From Gammaproteobacteria bacterium (lineage in GTDB: Bacteria > Pseudomonadota > Gammaproteobacteria > GCA-002705445 > GCA-002716945): a stretch of 64,000 nt of DNA. Each line of letters begins with the position of its first letter. Positions within the stretch are counted from its first letter, which is position 1. The DNA lies in contig JAYQJW010000002.1 of the NCBI GenBank assembly GCA_038142325.1, positions 64,001 through 128,000 of the forward strand, read 5' to 3'. Positions 52,182 to 63,195 of the stretch are shown here, one piece after another. Below the pieces are notes generated by a model. That model was not told where the DNA came from, did no database searches, and was given only the letters and a program-made list of their open reading frames with translations. The translations under genes were made by a program, and so were the position numbers.

Positions 52182-52712
52182 ATGATTAGGAAATTCAAAT
52201 CACATGTCCCTCAATTAGGATCTCGCGTCTTTGTTGATGTGCAAGCAACTGTAATTGGCGACGTTACATTAGGAGATGATTCTAGCATATGGCCACAAAC
52301 AGTAATAAGGGGAGACATTAAGCCAATATCTATAGGCGAAAGATCCAATATTCAAGATGGTAGTGTTGTTCACGTAACACATAAGAGTGATTATTCTCCA
52401 GGGTATGAGTGTATTATCGGTTCAGATGTAACCATCGGGCATGGTTGTATTATTCATGCTTGCACAATTGAAAGTTTATCCCTCATCGGTATGGGCAGTA
52501 CAGTATTAGATGGAGCTGTGGTCGAATCCCAAGTTATGATAGGAGCTAATTCATTGGTCCCTCCAGGAAAGAAATTAGAGTCAGGTTATTTATATATGGG
52601 TTCACCATGCAAAAAAATACGTCCACTCAAGGATTCTGAAATTAAATTTCTAGAGTATTCTGCTAGCCATTATGTTCAAACAAAAGATGATTTTTTAAAC
52701 AGCTCTGAGTAA
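52182..52712 (+). CDS. Gamma-class carbonic anhydrase-like protein (YrdA)
   Basis: Hexapeptide repeats; RGD, NIQDG..H, TIGH...HAC. Confidence 0.92.
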   Translation: MIRKFKSHVPQLGSRVFVDVQATVIGDVTLGDDSSIWPQTVIRGDIKPISIGERSNIQDGSVVHVTHKSDYSPGYECIIGSDVTIGHGCIIHACTIESLSLIGMGSTVLDGAVVESQVMIGANSLVPPGKKLESGYLYMGSPCKKIRPLKDSEIKFLEYSASHYVQTKDDFLNSSE

Positions 52713-53501
52713 GCTCTCTAAATTATTTTTATCGGGTATAAGATTATTCCAAATGTTAAAGGAGTGTTTTGCCTGATGTATTAGCATCCCCAAGCCGTCA
52801 TAACAAAGTTTAGCACCATTTTTTATAGCCCATTTTTGAAAAGCTGTCTTGTCATTGCTATAAAATAAATCATAGCAGATTGTATTTGAGCTCAATAAAT
52901 TATAAGGAAGGGTAATTTTTCCATTATTCATGCTTATAGGGGTAGTATTTACAATAATGTCATATGTACTCTGGTTAGTGTGAGGCAATAATCTTGGGGA
53001 TTTAAAAAAGCTTAATAATTTTTCAGCATTGAGAGGTGTTCTATTTAATATTGACACAATAGCGGTTTTCTCATTTCCTAAAATGGCACTTATTAAACTA
53101 GATGCTGAACCACCAGCACCATATATGAGAATTTTTTTATTGTCTAGCTGGATATTTTTAGACGAAATATCGTCTACGAAACCAGCTCCATCTGTACTGT
53201 AACCTTTTAGTTTTCCTGATTCATATTTAATGGTATTCACGCTACCACAATTCATCGCTGAACTATCCAAAACGTCACACAAATTATATGCAGCATTTTT
53301 AAATGGGACAGTTATATTTAGTCCTGAACCATTATTTTGAAAAAATTCTCTTACAGTTATCTCAAAGTCATCATGCGTCGCTTTGATTTTTTTATAGCTA
53401 AAGTTATTAAGGTTGAACTGTGAAGCAAAATTATAATGTATCTTCGGAGATAGGCTATGATCTACAGGATTACCAATAACACCAAAAATTAATTCAACCA
53501 T
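52695..53501 (-). CDS. aroE: Shikimate dehydrogenase
   Basis: HSLSP, NITVPFK, VNT, TDG, GAGG, DGLGML..QA. Confidence 0.95.
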   Translation of the reverse strand: MVELIFGVIGNPVDHSLSPKIHYNFASQFNLNNFSYKKIKATHDDFEITVREFFQNNGSGLNITVPFKNAAYNLCDVLDSSAMNCGSVNTIKYESGKLKGYSTDGAGFVDDISSKNIQLDNKKILIYGAGGSASSLISAILGNEKTAIVSILNRTPLNAEKLLSFFKSPRLLPHTNQSTYDIIVNTTPISMNNGKITLPYNLLSSNTICYDLFYSNDKTAFQKWAIKNGAKLCYDGLGMLIHQAKHSFNIWNNLIPDKNNLESLLRAV

Positions 53502-54505
53502 CTTGCTGCTTCTTTTGCATAGTATGTAATTATTGATGACGCGCCAGCTCTTCTTATTGAAGTCAAAGTTTCTAAGACAATATGTTCTTCATTAAATATA
53601 TTTTTTTTTAAAGCAGCTTTTATCATTAAATACTCTCCACTTACATGGTATGCAAGAACGGGAATTTTAAAATTATCTTTAATATTCGATATTATATCCA
53701 AATTTGGAATCGCAGGCTTGACCATAACCAAATCCGCACCTTCTCTCAGATAAAGATCAACTTCCCTGATAGCTTCGTCTTTATTTGCATAATCCATTTG
53801 ATATGTTTTTTTATCTGATTTGCCAAGTGCTGCGAGCGATCCAACTGCATCTCGAAATGGACCATAATAATTAGAAGCATACTTAGCTGAATACGATAAA
53901 ATTTTTGTGTTATAAAATTTATTTTTTTCCAATTGTTTTCTTATTAATTTAACTCTTCCATCCATCATATCTGATGGTGCTATGATATCTGAGCCAGATT
54001 CTGCGTGACTTAATGCTTGTCTAACGAGAATATCATTTGTTGCATCATTTAATATGTAACCAGAATCATCAATAATTCCATCTTGACCATGAGACGTGTA
54101 AGGGTCGAGGGCTACATCACTTATTATTAAAATATTCGGAAATTTATCTTTTATCTTTCTTATAGAGTTTTGAATCAATCCATTTTTATTATATGCCTCA
54201 TTTGCATTTAGTGATTTTTTAGAAGAAGAAATTTTTGGGAATATTGCTATTGCTACAATGCCAAGAGCACATAATGATTTAATTTCTTTCAGTGCACTAT
54301 CAATAGAGTATCTATAAATATTGGGCATAGACATAATTTTTTCTTTTTTGTTAACACCATCTGTCAAAAATATTGGCTGTATAAGGTTATGAGCTGACAA
54401 AGATGTCTCGCGTATAAGTTTTCTTATACTACTGGAATCCCTTAATCTTCTCATCCTGAGTGAGGGATAACTTTGTCTTGATAACTTTTTCATCAGACTT
54501 TTCAT
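53489..54505 (-). CDS. hemB: Porphobilinogen synthase
   Basis: RMRRLR, DVALDPYTSHGQDG, PSDMMDGR, YGPFRDA, MVKP. Confidence 0.97.
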   Translation of the reverse strand: MKSLMKKLSRQSYPSLRMRRLRDSSSIRKLIRETSLSAHNLIQPIFLTDGVNKKEKIMSMPNIYRYSIDSALKEIKSLCALGIVAIAIFPKISSSKKSLNANEAYNKNGLIQNSIRKIKDKFPNILIISDVALDPYTSHGQDGIIDDSGYILNDATNDILVRQALSHAESGSDIIAPSDMMDGRVKLIRKQLEKNKFYNTKILSYSAKYASNYYGPFRDAVGSLAALGKSDKKTYQMDYANKDEAIREVDLYLREGADLVMVKPAIPNLDIISNIKDNFKIPVLAYHVSGEYLMIKAALKKNIFNEEHIVLETLTSIRRAGASSIITYYAKEAARWLN

Positions 54506-54556
54506 TTTAAGAGAAGATGATATATTAATCTATCAAGTTTTGACATAAGAGGTAGA

Positions 54557-55036
54557 TTGATGAAAATTTGGCATGAAAATTACACATTAGAACATGTTAT
54601 TGCGCTTAGAGATAATAATCTTAATAAACATTTAGGTATTAAATTTACAGAAATCAGCGATGATTCGATCTCTGCAACTATGCCAGTGGAGGATTTTACG
54701 CGTCAGTCACGGGGCATTTTACATGGTGGCGCATCTTGTGTTCTAGCCGAAGCTTTAGGAAGCATTGCGTCAAATTTATGTCTGGATATGAGAAAACAAA
54801 AAGCTGTAGGACTAGAATTGAATGCAAATCATATTAGACCAGTTCGCTCGGGTATTGTTACTGGAGTAACTAAGCCGGTAGCATTAGGAAAATCTATACA
54901 TGTATGGAATATTGAAATTTTCAATCAAGCTGGAAAGATTAATTGTGTATCTAGACTTACTACTGCAATAGTGGATTTGAAAGATGATGAAATAAAGATA
55001 AACTCAAAGCTGGTTGATTCATTACTTTCTAGCTAA
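54557..55036 (+). CDS. Hotdog-fold PaaI/MenI-type thioesterase
   Basis: Q..G.LHGGAS..LAE..GS, GLELNANH. Confidence 0.88.
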   Translation: MMKIWHENYTLEHVIALRDNNLNKHLGIKFTEISDDSISATMPVEDFTRQSRGILHGGASCVLAEALGSIASNLCLDMRKQKAVGLELNANHIRPVRSGIVTGVTKPVALGKSIHVWNIEIFNQAGKINCVSRLTTAIVDLKDDEIKINSKLVDSLLSS

Positions 55037-55906
55037 AAGTAAAATATCATTCAAATTTTTATCATAACTTTTAAAATCATACTTACTATTCCATGAAACT
55101 ATTGGTGGCATTGACATTAAAATTGAATCAGACCTTCCTCCCGACTGTAATCCAAATAGAGTTCCGCGATCATAAAGTAAATTAAATTCAACGTATCTTC
55201 CTCGTCTATAAAGCTGGTAAGCTTTTTCTTTAGTAGAAAATTTTTTTTCTTTTCTAAGGTTAAATAAATATTCATATGAATTAATAAATGTTTTTGCACA
55301 ATCTAAAGTAAATTTCTTACAAGTATTGAAATCAGGTGTAGATATTTGATCAAAGAAAATACCACCTACTCCTCTTGGTTCACTTCTGTGAGGCAAGTAA
55401 AAATAATTATCACAATTGTCACTATATTTTTTGTACCAGTTGGAGTCATAGCTATCACAAAGCTTCTTAGCAGAATCTTTCCAATAAATTACATCTGATT
55501 TATTGATGAAGTATGGAGTAAGATCAAAACCGCCACCAAACCACCAAATTCTTTTCTTGCCAACATTCGCTTCAAAAAACCTTATATTCATATGTGCGCA
55601 TGACGTCTTTGGATTATTAGGATGGATAATCACGGAAACACCAGTCGCCTTAAACTTATCGAGTCCTTTTAGACCATTTTTATTCAACGCACTTACTGGA
55701 AGATTATTACCCATGATGCTAGAAAAATTAACAGCTGCTTTCTCTACATATTTTTTTCCAGATATTGCGCATGTAATTCCTCCTCCACCTGATTTATGTT
55801 TCCAGATTGTTTTATCTACCACTGATGATTTATCTAAAGATTTAATTGAGCCAACAATCATCTTTTGAACATTTTTATATTTATCAGATATTTCTTTTGT
55901 TTTCAC
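55022..55906 (-). CDS. hemF: Oxygen-dependent coproporphyrinogen III oxidase
   Basis: GGGG, WWFGGGFDLTP, RGVGGIFFD, RRGRYVEFNLLYDRGT. Confidence 0.96.
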   Translation of the reverse strand: MKTKEISDKYKNVQKMIVGSIKSLDKSSVVDKTIWKHKSGGGGITCAISGKKYVEKAAVNFSSIMGNNLPVSALNKNGLKGLDKFKATGVSVIIHPNNPKTSCAHMNIRFFEANVGKKRIWWFGGGFDLTPYFINKSDVIYWKDSAKKLCDSYDSNWYKKYSDNCDNYFYLPHRSEPRGVGGIFFDQISTPDFNTCKKFTLDCAKTFINSYEYLFNLRKEKKFSTKEKAYQLYRRGRYVEFNLLYDRGTLFGLQSGGRSDSILMSMPPIVSWNSKYDFKSYDKNLNDILLLARK

Positions 55907-55909
55907 GGT

Positions 55910-56455
55910 CTAAAATCTCAAAGTTTCTTGAGTAATTATATTCTTTATAGTTGATGATTTTTTTTCATCACCTAGCTTACCTTGCACGATACCATCAACT
56001 TTATTTTTAAAAATATTTTTAATTTTATTTATATCATTATCATAAGGTGTCTCTGACAAGTTTGCACTAGTAGATATTAAAGCTGTTTGCGACAGCTCAC
56101 ATAGCTTTGATACAGTTTTATGATTCGTAAGTCGTACAGCAATCATTTCATTTTTTATAAGCCATGATGGGCATCTCTCGTTATTTGGGACTAGCCATGT
56201 CGTGAAATCTTTATTAAGAAGCTGTTCGTTCTGGTAGAATTCATTGTGAATGATATCGATTAGATATTTAATATCTGGAGAGAGTATAATAAAGCTCTTC
56301 TCTTTACTTCGACCTTTTATCTTGAAGATATTCTCAACGCTGCTCTTATTAAGCGGATCACATCCTAACCCATAAATTCCCTCTGTGGGATAGATGATTA
56401 TACCTCCCTTTTTGATTATTTTAGCAGCTTCAGATTCAGTAAGTTCAGGTATCAT
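55910..56455 (-). CDS. tsaC: Threonylcarbamoyl-AMP synthase
   Basis: YPTEG.YGLGC, K.R...K, STSAN. Confidence 0.93.
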   Translation of the reverse strand: MIPELTESEAAKIIKKGGIIIYPTEGIYGLGCDPLNKSSVENIFKIKGRSKEKSFIILSPDIKYLIDIIHNEFYQNEQLLNKDFTTWLVPNNERCPSWLIKNEMIAVRLTNHKTVSKLCELSQTALISTSANLSETPYDNDINKIKNIFKNKVDGIVQGKLGDEKKSSTIKNIITQETLRF

Positions 56456-58767
56456 CGTTTTGCACGCGATCTCCGTGCTCTACGCTTAGGTGCATTTTTT
56501 ATCATTTCAATGCAAGTATTTTCGTCAAGAGTCTTTGGCTCAATGTCTTTAGGCACACGAACATTTTTTTTACCATCTGTAACATATGGACCATATATTC
56601 CATTCAAAATTTTAATTCCTGTTGATTCAAAAATTTTTATTTCTCTATTAGCATCAATTTCTCTTTTCTCTTTAATCCGTGTGATAGCCTCATCTTGAGA
56701 TAATGAGAATATATCAACATCTTTCAGAGAGACATTCGTTTTTCCACAATTTACATATGGCCCAAATGGACCAATATTTATAAGAATATCATCACCTTCA
56801 AATTCTCCGATTTTCTCTGGGAGCTTGAAAAGCCGTATGGCATCATCAAGCGTAATTGCATCTATGTTTTTTTTCTGTTCAGGAGTTAGTGCAGCCCATT
56901 TAGGTTTTTCTTCATCTTCTTTTGTTCCCATCTGAATAGTTGGGCCATATCTAGTCAAACGAACTGTTACTGGTCTATTTGTTTCAGGATGTACGCCTAG
57001 ATCCTTAAGTTCTCTTTGTTCTGAAATATCAACAGTTTTAATTTTATCATCAAGATTAATTTTGAATGGTTTGTATGTGCTTTCAACACAATCCATGTAT
57101 TCCTTTTCGCCACTTGCTATTCTATCTAAATCTTCTTCAAGTCTTGCTGTAAAATCATAATCTACTAAATCAGTTTTGAAGTGATTGATGAGAGTATCAT
57201 ATACTACTTTAGCTAGGGCTGTAGGTTGGAAGTTACTTTTATCTGGGTCAACATAGTTACTTTCCATTATTTTATTGATGATGGTGACGTATGTTGATGG
57301 TCGTCCAATCCCTAGTTCTTCTAATGCTTGTATGAGACTTGCTTGGTTATATCTGGGCGGGGGTTGTGTAAACTTCTGCTCTGTCTTAACAGAGCTTATT
57401 TTAAGTTCATCATTAGTTTTAAGGCTTTCAAGTACTTTTTTATTTTCTTTTTCCTTTTCATCATTATCACTAAAACTATAGACTTCCTTGTAACCTGAAA
57501 ACTCTAAATATGATCCTGAATATCTAAATGTAAAGTCATCACCGGTAGCAAGACTAACAGAAACAGTTTTGCTAATCGAATCCTTCATTTGAGATGCCAG
57601 TGTTCTTCTCCATATTAAATCGTAGAGTTTATAATCATTACTCTCTAAAAATTTTTTGATTTTTTCTGGTGAATTAGACATAGATGTTGGTCTAATCGCT
57701 TCATGTGCTTCTTGTGCATTTTTAGTTTTACCTTTATATACTCTAGTCTCATCTGCTGCTAACCCAACAAAGTTTTTGTTCAAATACTGAGATATGTCAT
57801 CTAGAGCATCCTTTGATAAATTTGTGGAATCAGTTCTCATATAACTTATTAGGCCTACTGGTTGACCTGACCCAATATCAATTCCTTGATATAATCTTTG
57901 AGCTATTGCAGATGTTTGTTTAACAGACAAACCAAGGCTTGTATAAGCTGTTTGCTGAAGCGAGGCTGTAGTAAATGGCGCTCTTGGTTTAGTTTTTCTT
58001 TGTCCATGTTTGATATTAGTGACTTTTACTTTATTGTATTTTTCTATGGATGCTTTAATTTCACTAGCACTGATACTGTCTTCTATCGTAGTTATATTAT
58101 CTTTCTTAATTTTTTTACCATTTACTTCAGATAACTCTATTTCAATTTCACTGTCATCGTTAGTAACATTTGCAAATACATTCCAATATTCCTGTGGTTC
58201 AAATTCATTTATCTTATTTTCTCTTTCTACAATTAATCGCAATGCTGGACTTTGTACTCTCCCTGCGCGGGCATGTCTACTTACTTTTTTCCATAGAAAT
58301 TCTGAAATGTCATAACCCATTAAGTAATCAAGAGTTCTTCTAGCTAAATACGCATCCCATAAATTAGTTGATATCGGCCTTGGTTTTTTAAGCGCCTCTG
58401 TAACTGCGTTTTTTGTAATCTCATTGAAGACAACTCTATGCGTTTCTTTTTCTTTAAGTATTTTTGCTTTGTCTAAAATGTCATATAAATGTTTGGAAAT
58501 AGCTTCGCCCTCACGATCAGGGTCAGTTGCAAAGTAGATAACCTCAGCATCTTTTGTAAATTTTTTTATGTCATCAATTACTGTTTTTTTATTACTTGAA
58601 ACCTTCCAAACGGGTTTAAATCCTTGCTCTACATCTATTCCCTTTCTAGCAGATGAAACTAAATCTCTAACATGACCAACTGATGCTATTACTTTAAAGT
58701 CAGGCCCAAGAAATTTCTCTATACTTTTAACTTTGGTCGGCGATTCAACAATCATCAGGTTTTTCAT
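56452..58767 (-). CDS. topA: DNA topoisomerase I
   Basis: IVESP.K, ATDPDREGE, AGRVQS, SYMRTDS, QEAHEAIRP, GIGRPSTY. Confidence 0.97.
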   Translation of the reverse strand: MKNLMIVESPTKVKSIEKFLGPDFKVIASVGHVRDLVSSARKGIDVEQGFKPVWKVSSNKKTVIDDIKKFTKDAEVIYFATDPDREGEAISKHLYDILDKAKILKEKETHRVVFNEITKNAVTEALKKPRPISTNLWDAYLARRTLDYLMGYDISEFLWKKVSRHARAGRVQSPALRLIVERENKINEFEPQEYWNVFANVTNDDSEIEIELSEVNGKKIKKDNITTIEDSISASEIKASIEKYNKVKVTNIKHGQRKTKPRAPFTTASLQQTAYTSLGLSVKQTSAIAQRLYQGIDIGSGQPVGLISYMRTDSTNLSKDALDDISQYLNKNFVGLAADETRVYKGKTKNAQEAHEAIRPTSMSNSPEKIKKFLESNDYKLYDLIWRRTLASQMKDSISKTVSVSLATGDDFTFRYSGSYLEFSGYKEVYSFSDNDEKEKENKKVLESLKTNDELKISSVKTEQKFTQPPPRYNQASLIQALEELGIGRPSTYVTIINKIMESNYVDPDKSNFQPTALAKVVYDTLINHFKTDLVDYDFTARLEEDLDRIASGEKEYMDCVESTYKPFKINLDDKIKTVDISEQRELKDLGVHPETNRPVTVRLTRYGPTIQMGTKEDEEKPKWAALTPEQKKNIDAITLDDAIRLFKLPEKIGEFEGDDILINIGPFGPYVNCGKTNVSLKDVDIFSLSQDEAITRIKEKREIDANREIKIFESTGIKILNGIYGPYVTDGKKNVRVPKDIEPKTLDENTCIEMIKNAPKRRARRSRAKR

Positions 58768-58848
58768 ATGTATGCCTAGGCTTAATTATTCTGTTTTTTA
58801 CTTTATACTATCAAAGTAATAATAAGTACAAGATATTAGACTAAAAAA

Positions 58849-59382
58849 ATGAGTTTGAGAACAATACTACACTATCCAGATAATAGACTTAGACAGGTTT
58901 GCCCTGAGCATACAGAATATGACGAGAGCCTTAAACTTCTTGTATCTGATATGTTTGAGACCATGTATCATGAAAAAGGAATTGGCTTGTCAGCTATTCA
59001 AATCAATGTCATTACACGAGTAATAACGATTGATGTTTCAAAGGAAAGAAATGAGCAACTTGTACTCATAAATCCAATTATTACAGAGAAAAAAGACCCA
59101 ATTTTTTTTGATGAAGGATGCTTATCTGTTCCTGGGTTTTATGAGAAAGTCGAAAGATACAATTATATAACACTTGAGGCAAATGATGTGAATGGTAAAA
59201 AATTTTCCTTAGATGCTTCAGAATTATTAGCAGTTTGCATACAGCATGAAATAGACCATCTTGATGGTAAGCTTTTCGTGGATTACCTATCTGACATGAA
59301 AAGGTCGAAAATAGAGAAAGGACTTCTTAAACAGAATAATAAATCTGCTCTACACAGAAAAGAAAACCCATACCTAAAGTGA
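58849..59382 (+). CDS. def: Peptide deformylase
   Basis: GIGLSA.Q, EGCLS, QHEIDHL.G. Confidence 0.97.
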   Translation: MSLRTILHYPDNRLRQVCPEHTEYDESLKLLVSDMFETMYHEKGIGLSAIQINVITRVITIDVSKERNEQLVLINPIITEKKDPIFFDEGCLSVPGFYEKVERYNYITLEANDVNGKKFSLDASELLAVCIQHEIDHLDGKLFVDYLSDMKRSKIEKGLLKQNNKSALHRKENPYLK

Positions 59383-60323
59383 AAAAATTGAAGATTATTT
59401 TTTTCGGTAGCCCAAGCTATTCTGTTCCTTTATTAGACAGAATGATCAACTTAGGCCATGATGTTGAGCTTGTTGTATCACAAGGAACTAATAAGACAAG
59501 AAGAGGGAAGAGAGTTATTACTGCAATACATGAATATTGCCTTGATAACAATATTGATTGCATTACTCCATCAACATTTGATAGTGAAACATTTGAGATT
59601 ATAAAATCATCTCATGCAGACTTAGGCATGGTATATGCTTATGGCAAGTTAATTCCAGAGGATATTATCAATTCATTTAAACATGGAATAATAAATCTTC
59701 ATTGTTCTTTGCTGCCATCATATAGAGGTGCCGCACCTATTCAACATGCATTAATAAATGATGAAAAATTTACAGGCTTTACATTTTTTAAAATTGATGA
59801 AAAATTAGATGAAGGACAAATTCTGCTCAAAGAAAAATATGAAATAAAAGAGATAGATAACTGCTCCAGCATTCAAGAAAATTTAACCTTTCTAGCTACT
59901 GCTAAATTATCTGATGCTATTACTAAAATTATTAATAATGATTATTTAGCCTCTAATGAAAATATAAGAACATCATATGCCCGCAAAGTTTTAAAAGAAG
60001 ATAGTTTTTTTAGTTGGGAAGATGATGTTCGAATGATATTTAATAAAATTAGAGCCTATCATTTATGGCCAATTGCATCTACAGATCTTTTCAATGAGAA
60101 AATCAAAGTAATTGATGCAGATTATTTATCTGAGTCACACGGTTTACCATTTGGAAGGATAAAGGAGTTTTCTAAAAAAAATCTTGTAGTTACAGCAAAT
60201 GGCGGTTATCTGTCTATTAAAAAATTACAGCTTGAGGGGATGAGACCTATATCAAATGTGGATTTATTCAATGGTCATAGCAAATTTAGAGATAGATTAT
60301 TACTAGACTTAAGTGATAATTAA
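59379..60323 (+). CDS. fmt: Methionyl-tRNA formyltransferase
   Basis: FFGSP, AYG, NLH.SLLP.YRGAAPI; follows def. Confidence 0.95.
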   Translation: MKKLKIIFFGSPSYSVPLLDRMINLGHDVELVVSQGTNKTRRGKRVITAIHEYCLDNNIDCITPSTFDSETFEIIKSSHADLGMVYAYGKLIPEDIINSFKHGIINLHCSLLPSYRGAAPIQHALINDEKFTGFTFFKIDEKLDEGQILLKEKYEIKEIDNCSSIQENLTFLATAKLSDAITKIINNDYLASNENIRTSYARKVLKEDSFFSWEDDVRMIFNKIRAYHLWPIASTDLFNEKIKVIDADYLSESHGLPFGRIKEFSKKNLVVTANGGYLSIKKLQLEGMRPISNVDLFNGHSKFRDRLLLDLSDN

Positions 60324-60381
60324 TACAAATTATTAACACTTCATATATTTATGATGTAGAATTGTCAGCAAAGCGAAACCC

Positions 60382-61751
60382 ATGAAAAAAATTGCAGTAT
60401 TAGGTGGAGGTCAAGTTGGCTCTTCTGTAGCTAAAATTCTCACTGATGATGGTAATGACATTACTCTAGTTGATAGCAACGCATCTGTCCTAGAGGCTCT
60501 TCAAGATGACAATGACATTAAAACAATACAAGGCAATGCATCATCACCATCAGTTCTAAAACAAGCTGAGATCGAGGATTGTGATATATTGATTGCCACA
60601 ACAGCAAATGATGAAGTTAATTTAGTATCTTGCCACTTAGCTAAAAATCTCTTCAATGTTCCAAATGTAATTGCCAGGCTGAGAAATGCTGAATACCAAA
60701 CAAAAACTTCTGATTTTAATCTTGACTTATTCTCAATTGATTCTGTAATAAGTCCTAGTCAGCTTGTAACAGATTTTATTAAAAATATTATAGAGCATCC
60801 TGGGGCATTCCAGGCATTTGAATTCGCTGACGGTAAGCTCCAGGTTATAGGTGCGACTGTTTTAAAAGATGGCCCATTAGCTGGAAGGAAACTCTCTGAA
60901 TTTAAAAAACACATGCCTAATGTATCTGTCAATGTCATTGCTATATATCGTAATAGAAAAATAGTACCCGCTGAAGGCTCTACAATTATTCAAGAAGGCG
61001 ATGATGTTTTTTTTCTTGCTACTGAAGAGAACATGAGATTCATGAGTGAGCTAGGTAAAAATCAATCTCGCGTCGAAAATATTATGATTGCCGGTGGAGG
61101 AAATGTTGGAATTATCCTTGCTGAAAAGTTATCGGAAAAGTATTCTACAAAATTAATAGAAAAAGATTCTGCACGTAGTAAATATCTCTCTGAACGACTA
61201 GAGCATGTAGTTGTTCTTAATGATGACATATCTGATGAGTCTCTTCTTAACAATGAGGGGATAGCAGATGTGGACTATTTTTGTACTGTCACAAATGATG
61301 ATCAGATGAATATTCTATCAGCAAAACTCGCAAAAGATCTTGGTGCAAAAAAGTCAATAGCAATAATTAATAAAGCTTCTTATAGAAAATTAGTATCAAA
61401 AGAAATAGATGTTGTTGTATCACCTGAAGATGTAACGATTGGATCGCTATTAGCTTCGGTTAGAACTAGTGACGTTGTTAAAGTTCATTCACTAGGCTTC
61501 GGTGATGCTGAAATATTTGAAGTAATAATTCACGGTGATCAGAATACATCAAAAGTCGTCGGTAAAAAATTTCTCAGCTAAATCTCCCATCAGGCTGTAA
61601 AATAGGTGCAGTTTATAGAGGCTTAGATGTAATAATGCATGATGATAATTTAGTGATAAAATCTGAGGATAGATTGATAATTTTTCTTCACAAAAAACAA
61701 GATTTCCCTAAGTTAGCTAAATTGTTTCAAGTTGGCATCGGTTTCTTTTAA
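60382..61751 (+). CDS. trkA: Trk K+ uptake protein TrkA (frameshift near 61570)
   Basis: Two RCK domains (GGGQVG, GGGNVG); last part in shifted frame ending GIGFF at 61751. Confidence 0.94.
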
Positions 61752-63192
61752 ATGAACTACTATCAGATTCTCAAGATAACAGGAATTATTTTACTGATTT
61801 TCAGTTTCTTTTTATTACTTCCAATTGCTGCATCAATGTTTTATGAGGAAAATATTAATCCATTTTATATATTCTTTTCTTATCATTTTCTTGTTTGGAT
61901 TGCTGAGTTATTTGCCAAATAAAGATCAAAAAACACAAATTAAGGTTAGAGAGGGATTTTTTATTGTCGCGCTTTTTTGGTTCATTCTTAGTTTCTTTGG
62001 TTCACTTCCATTTTTCATGGATGAAAGCCTTAATTTAAGTTTCGTAGATGCAGTTTTTGAATCAACATCCGGATGGACTACTACTGGTGCAACTATAATA
62101 ACTAATATAGATGATCTTAATAAGCCGTTATTATTATATCGACAACTTTTACAATGGCTTGGTGGCATAGGTATAGTTGTACTAGTTCTAGCAATACTGC
62201 CAATTCTTGGCGTTGGAGGTATGTACTTATATAAAGCAGAGTCATCTTCACCTATAAAAGATAATAAATTATCCCCAAGAATCACAGAAACAGCAAAAAG
62301 TTTATGGAGCGTTTATATTCTTTTAACTATTACATGTGCAGTTATGTATAAGTTTGCAGGGATGAATTATTTTGATGCTGTTGGCCATAGCTTTTCAACA
62401 GTTTCTATTGGTGGATTTTCTACACACAATTCAAGCATTGGTTTTTACTCTAATGATCTAATAAAAATTATTTGTATCTTATTTATGTTTTTATCTGCTT
62501 TAAACTTTGTACTACATTTTTTATTTTTTAAAAATAGATCGCTTACAACGTATACAGCTAATTCAGAATTTAAAACTTTTGTCTCAATTATAATAATTTT
62601 GTTTGTTCTCATCTTTATATTCTCTTTGAATGGTAAACTAGAATCTATAAGTAATATTGATATTATTTTTCAAGTATTTTCCTTTGTAACAACATCTGGA
62701 TTCACAACATCTAATTACAGTCTGTGGCCTAGTTTTATAATCCTACTTATTTTCTTATCAAGTTTCATAGGTGCTTGTGCTGGATCAGCTGGAGGAGGAA
62801 TGAAAGTTATCAGACTTACTATTGCATTAAAATCAATAAAAAAACAACTTCTCAGGGTTATTCACCCTAAAGCTGAAATAACGATAAAAGTAAATCACAA
62901 AAAGGTAGATGATACGACCGTAGAAACGATATTGTCGTTTATAATTTTATATGTAGTGGTATTCTTCATTTCTTCTATATTGATTATGGTATCTGGCCAT
63001 GATTTTGTTACATCATTTTCATCTGCTGCTGCATGTATTAATAATCTTGGACCAGCATTAGGTGATGCTTACGGTAATTATGCATCATTAAACAGTTTTT
63101 CAAAGCTACTGCTTTCACTGATTATGATAGTAGGCAGGCTTGAGATATACACATTTATTATTTTAATTACAAGATATTTTTGGAAGTATTAG
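61752..63192 (+). CDS. trkH: Trk K+ uptake membrane protein TrkH (frameshift near 61860)
   Basis: FESTSGWTTTGAT, WLGG.G, GGFS, GS.GGG.K, GRLE; ATG 61752 MNYYQILK. Confidence 0.94.
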
Positions 63193-63195
63193 AAT

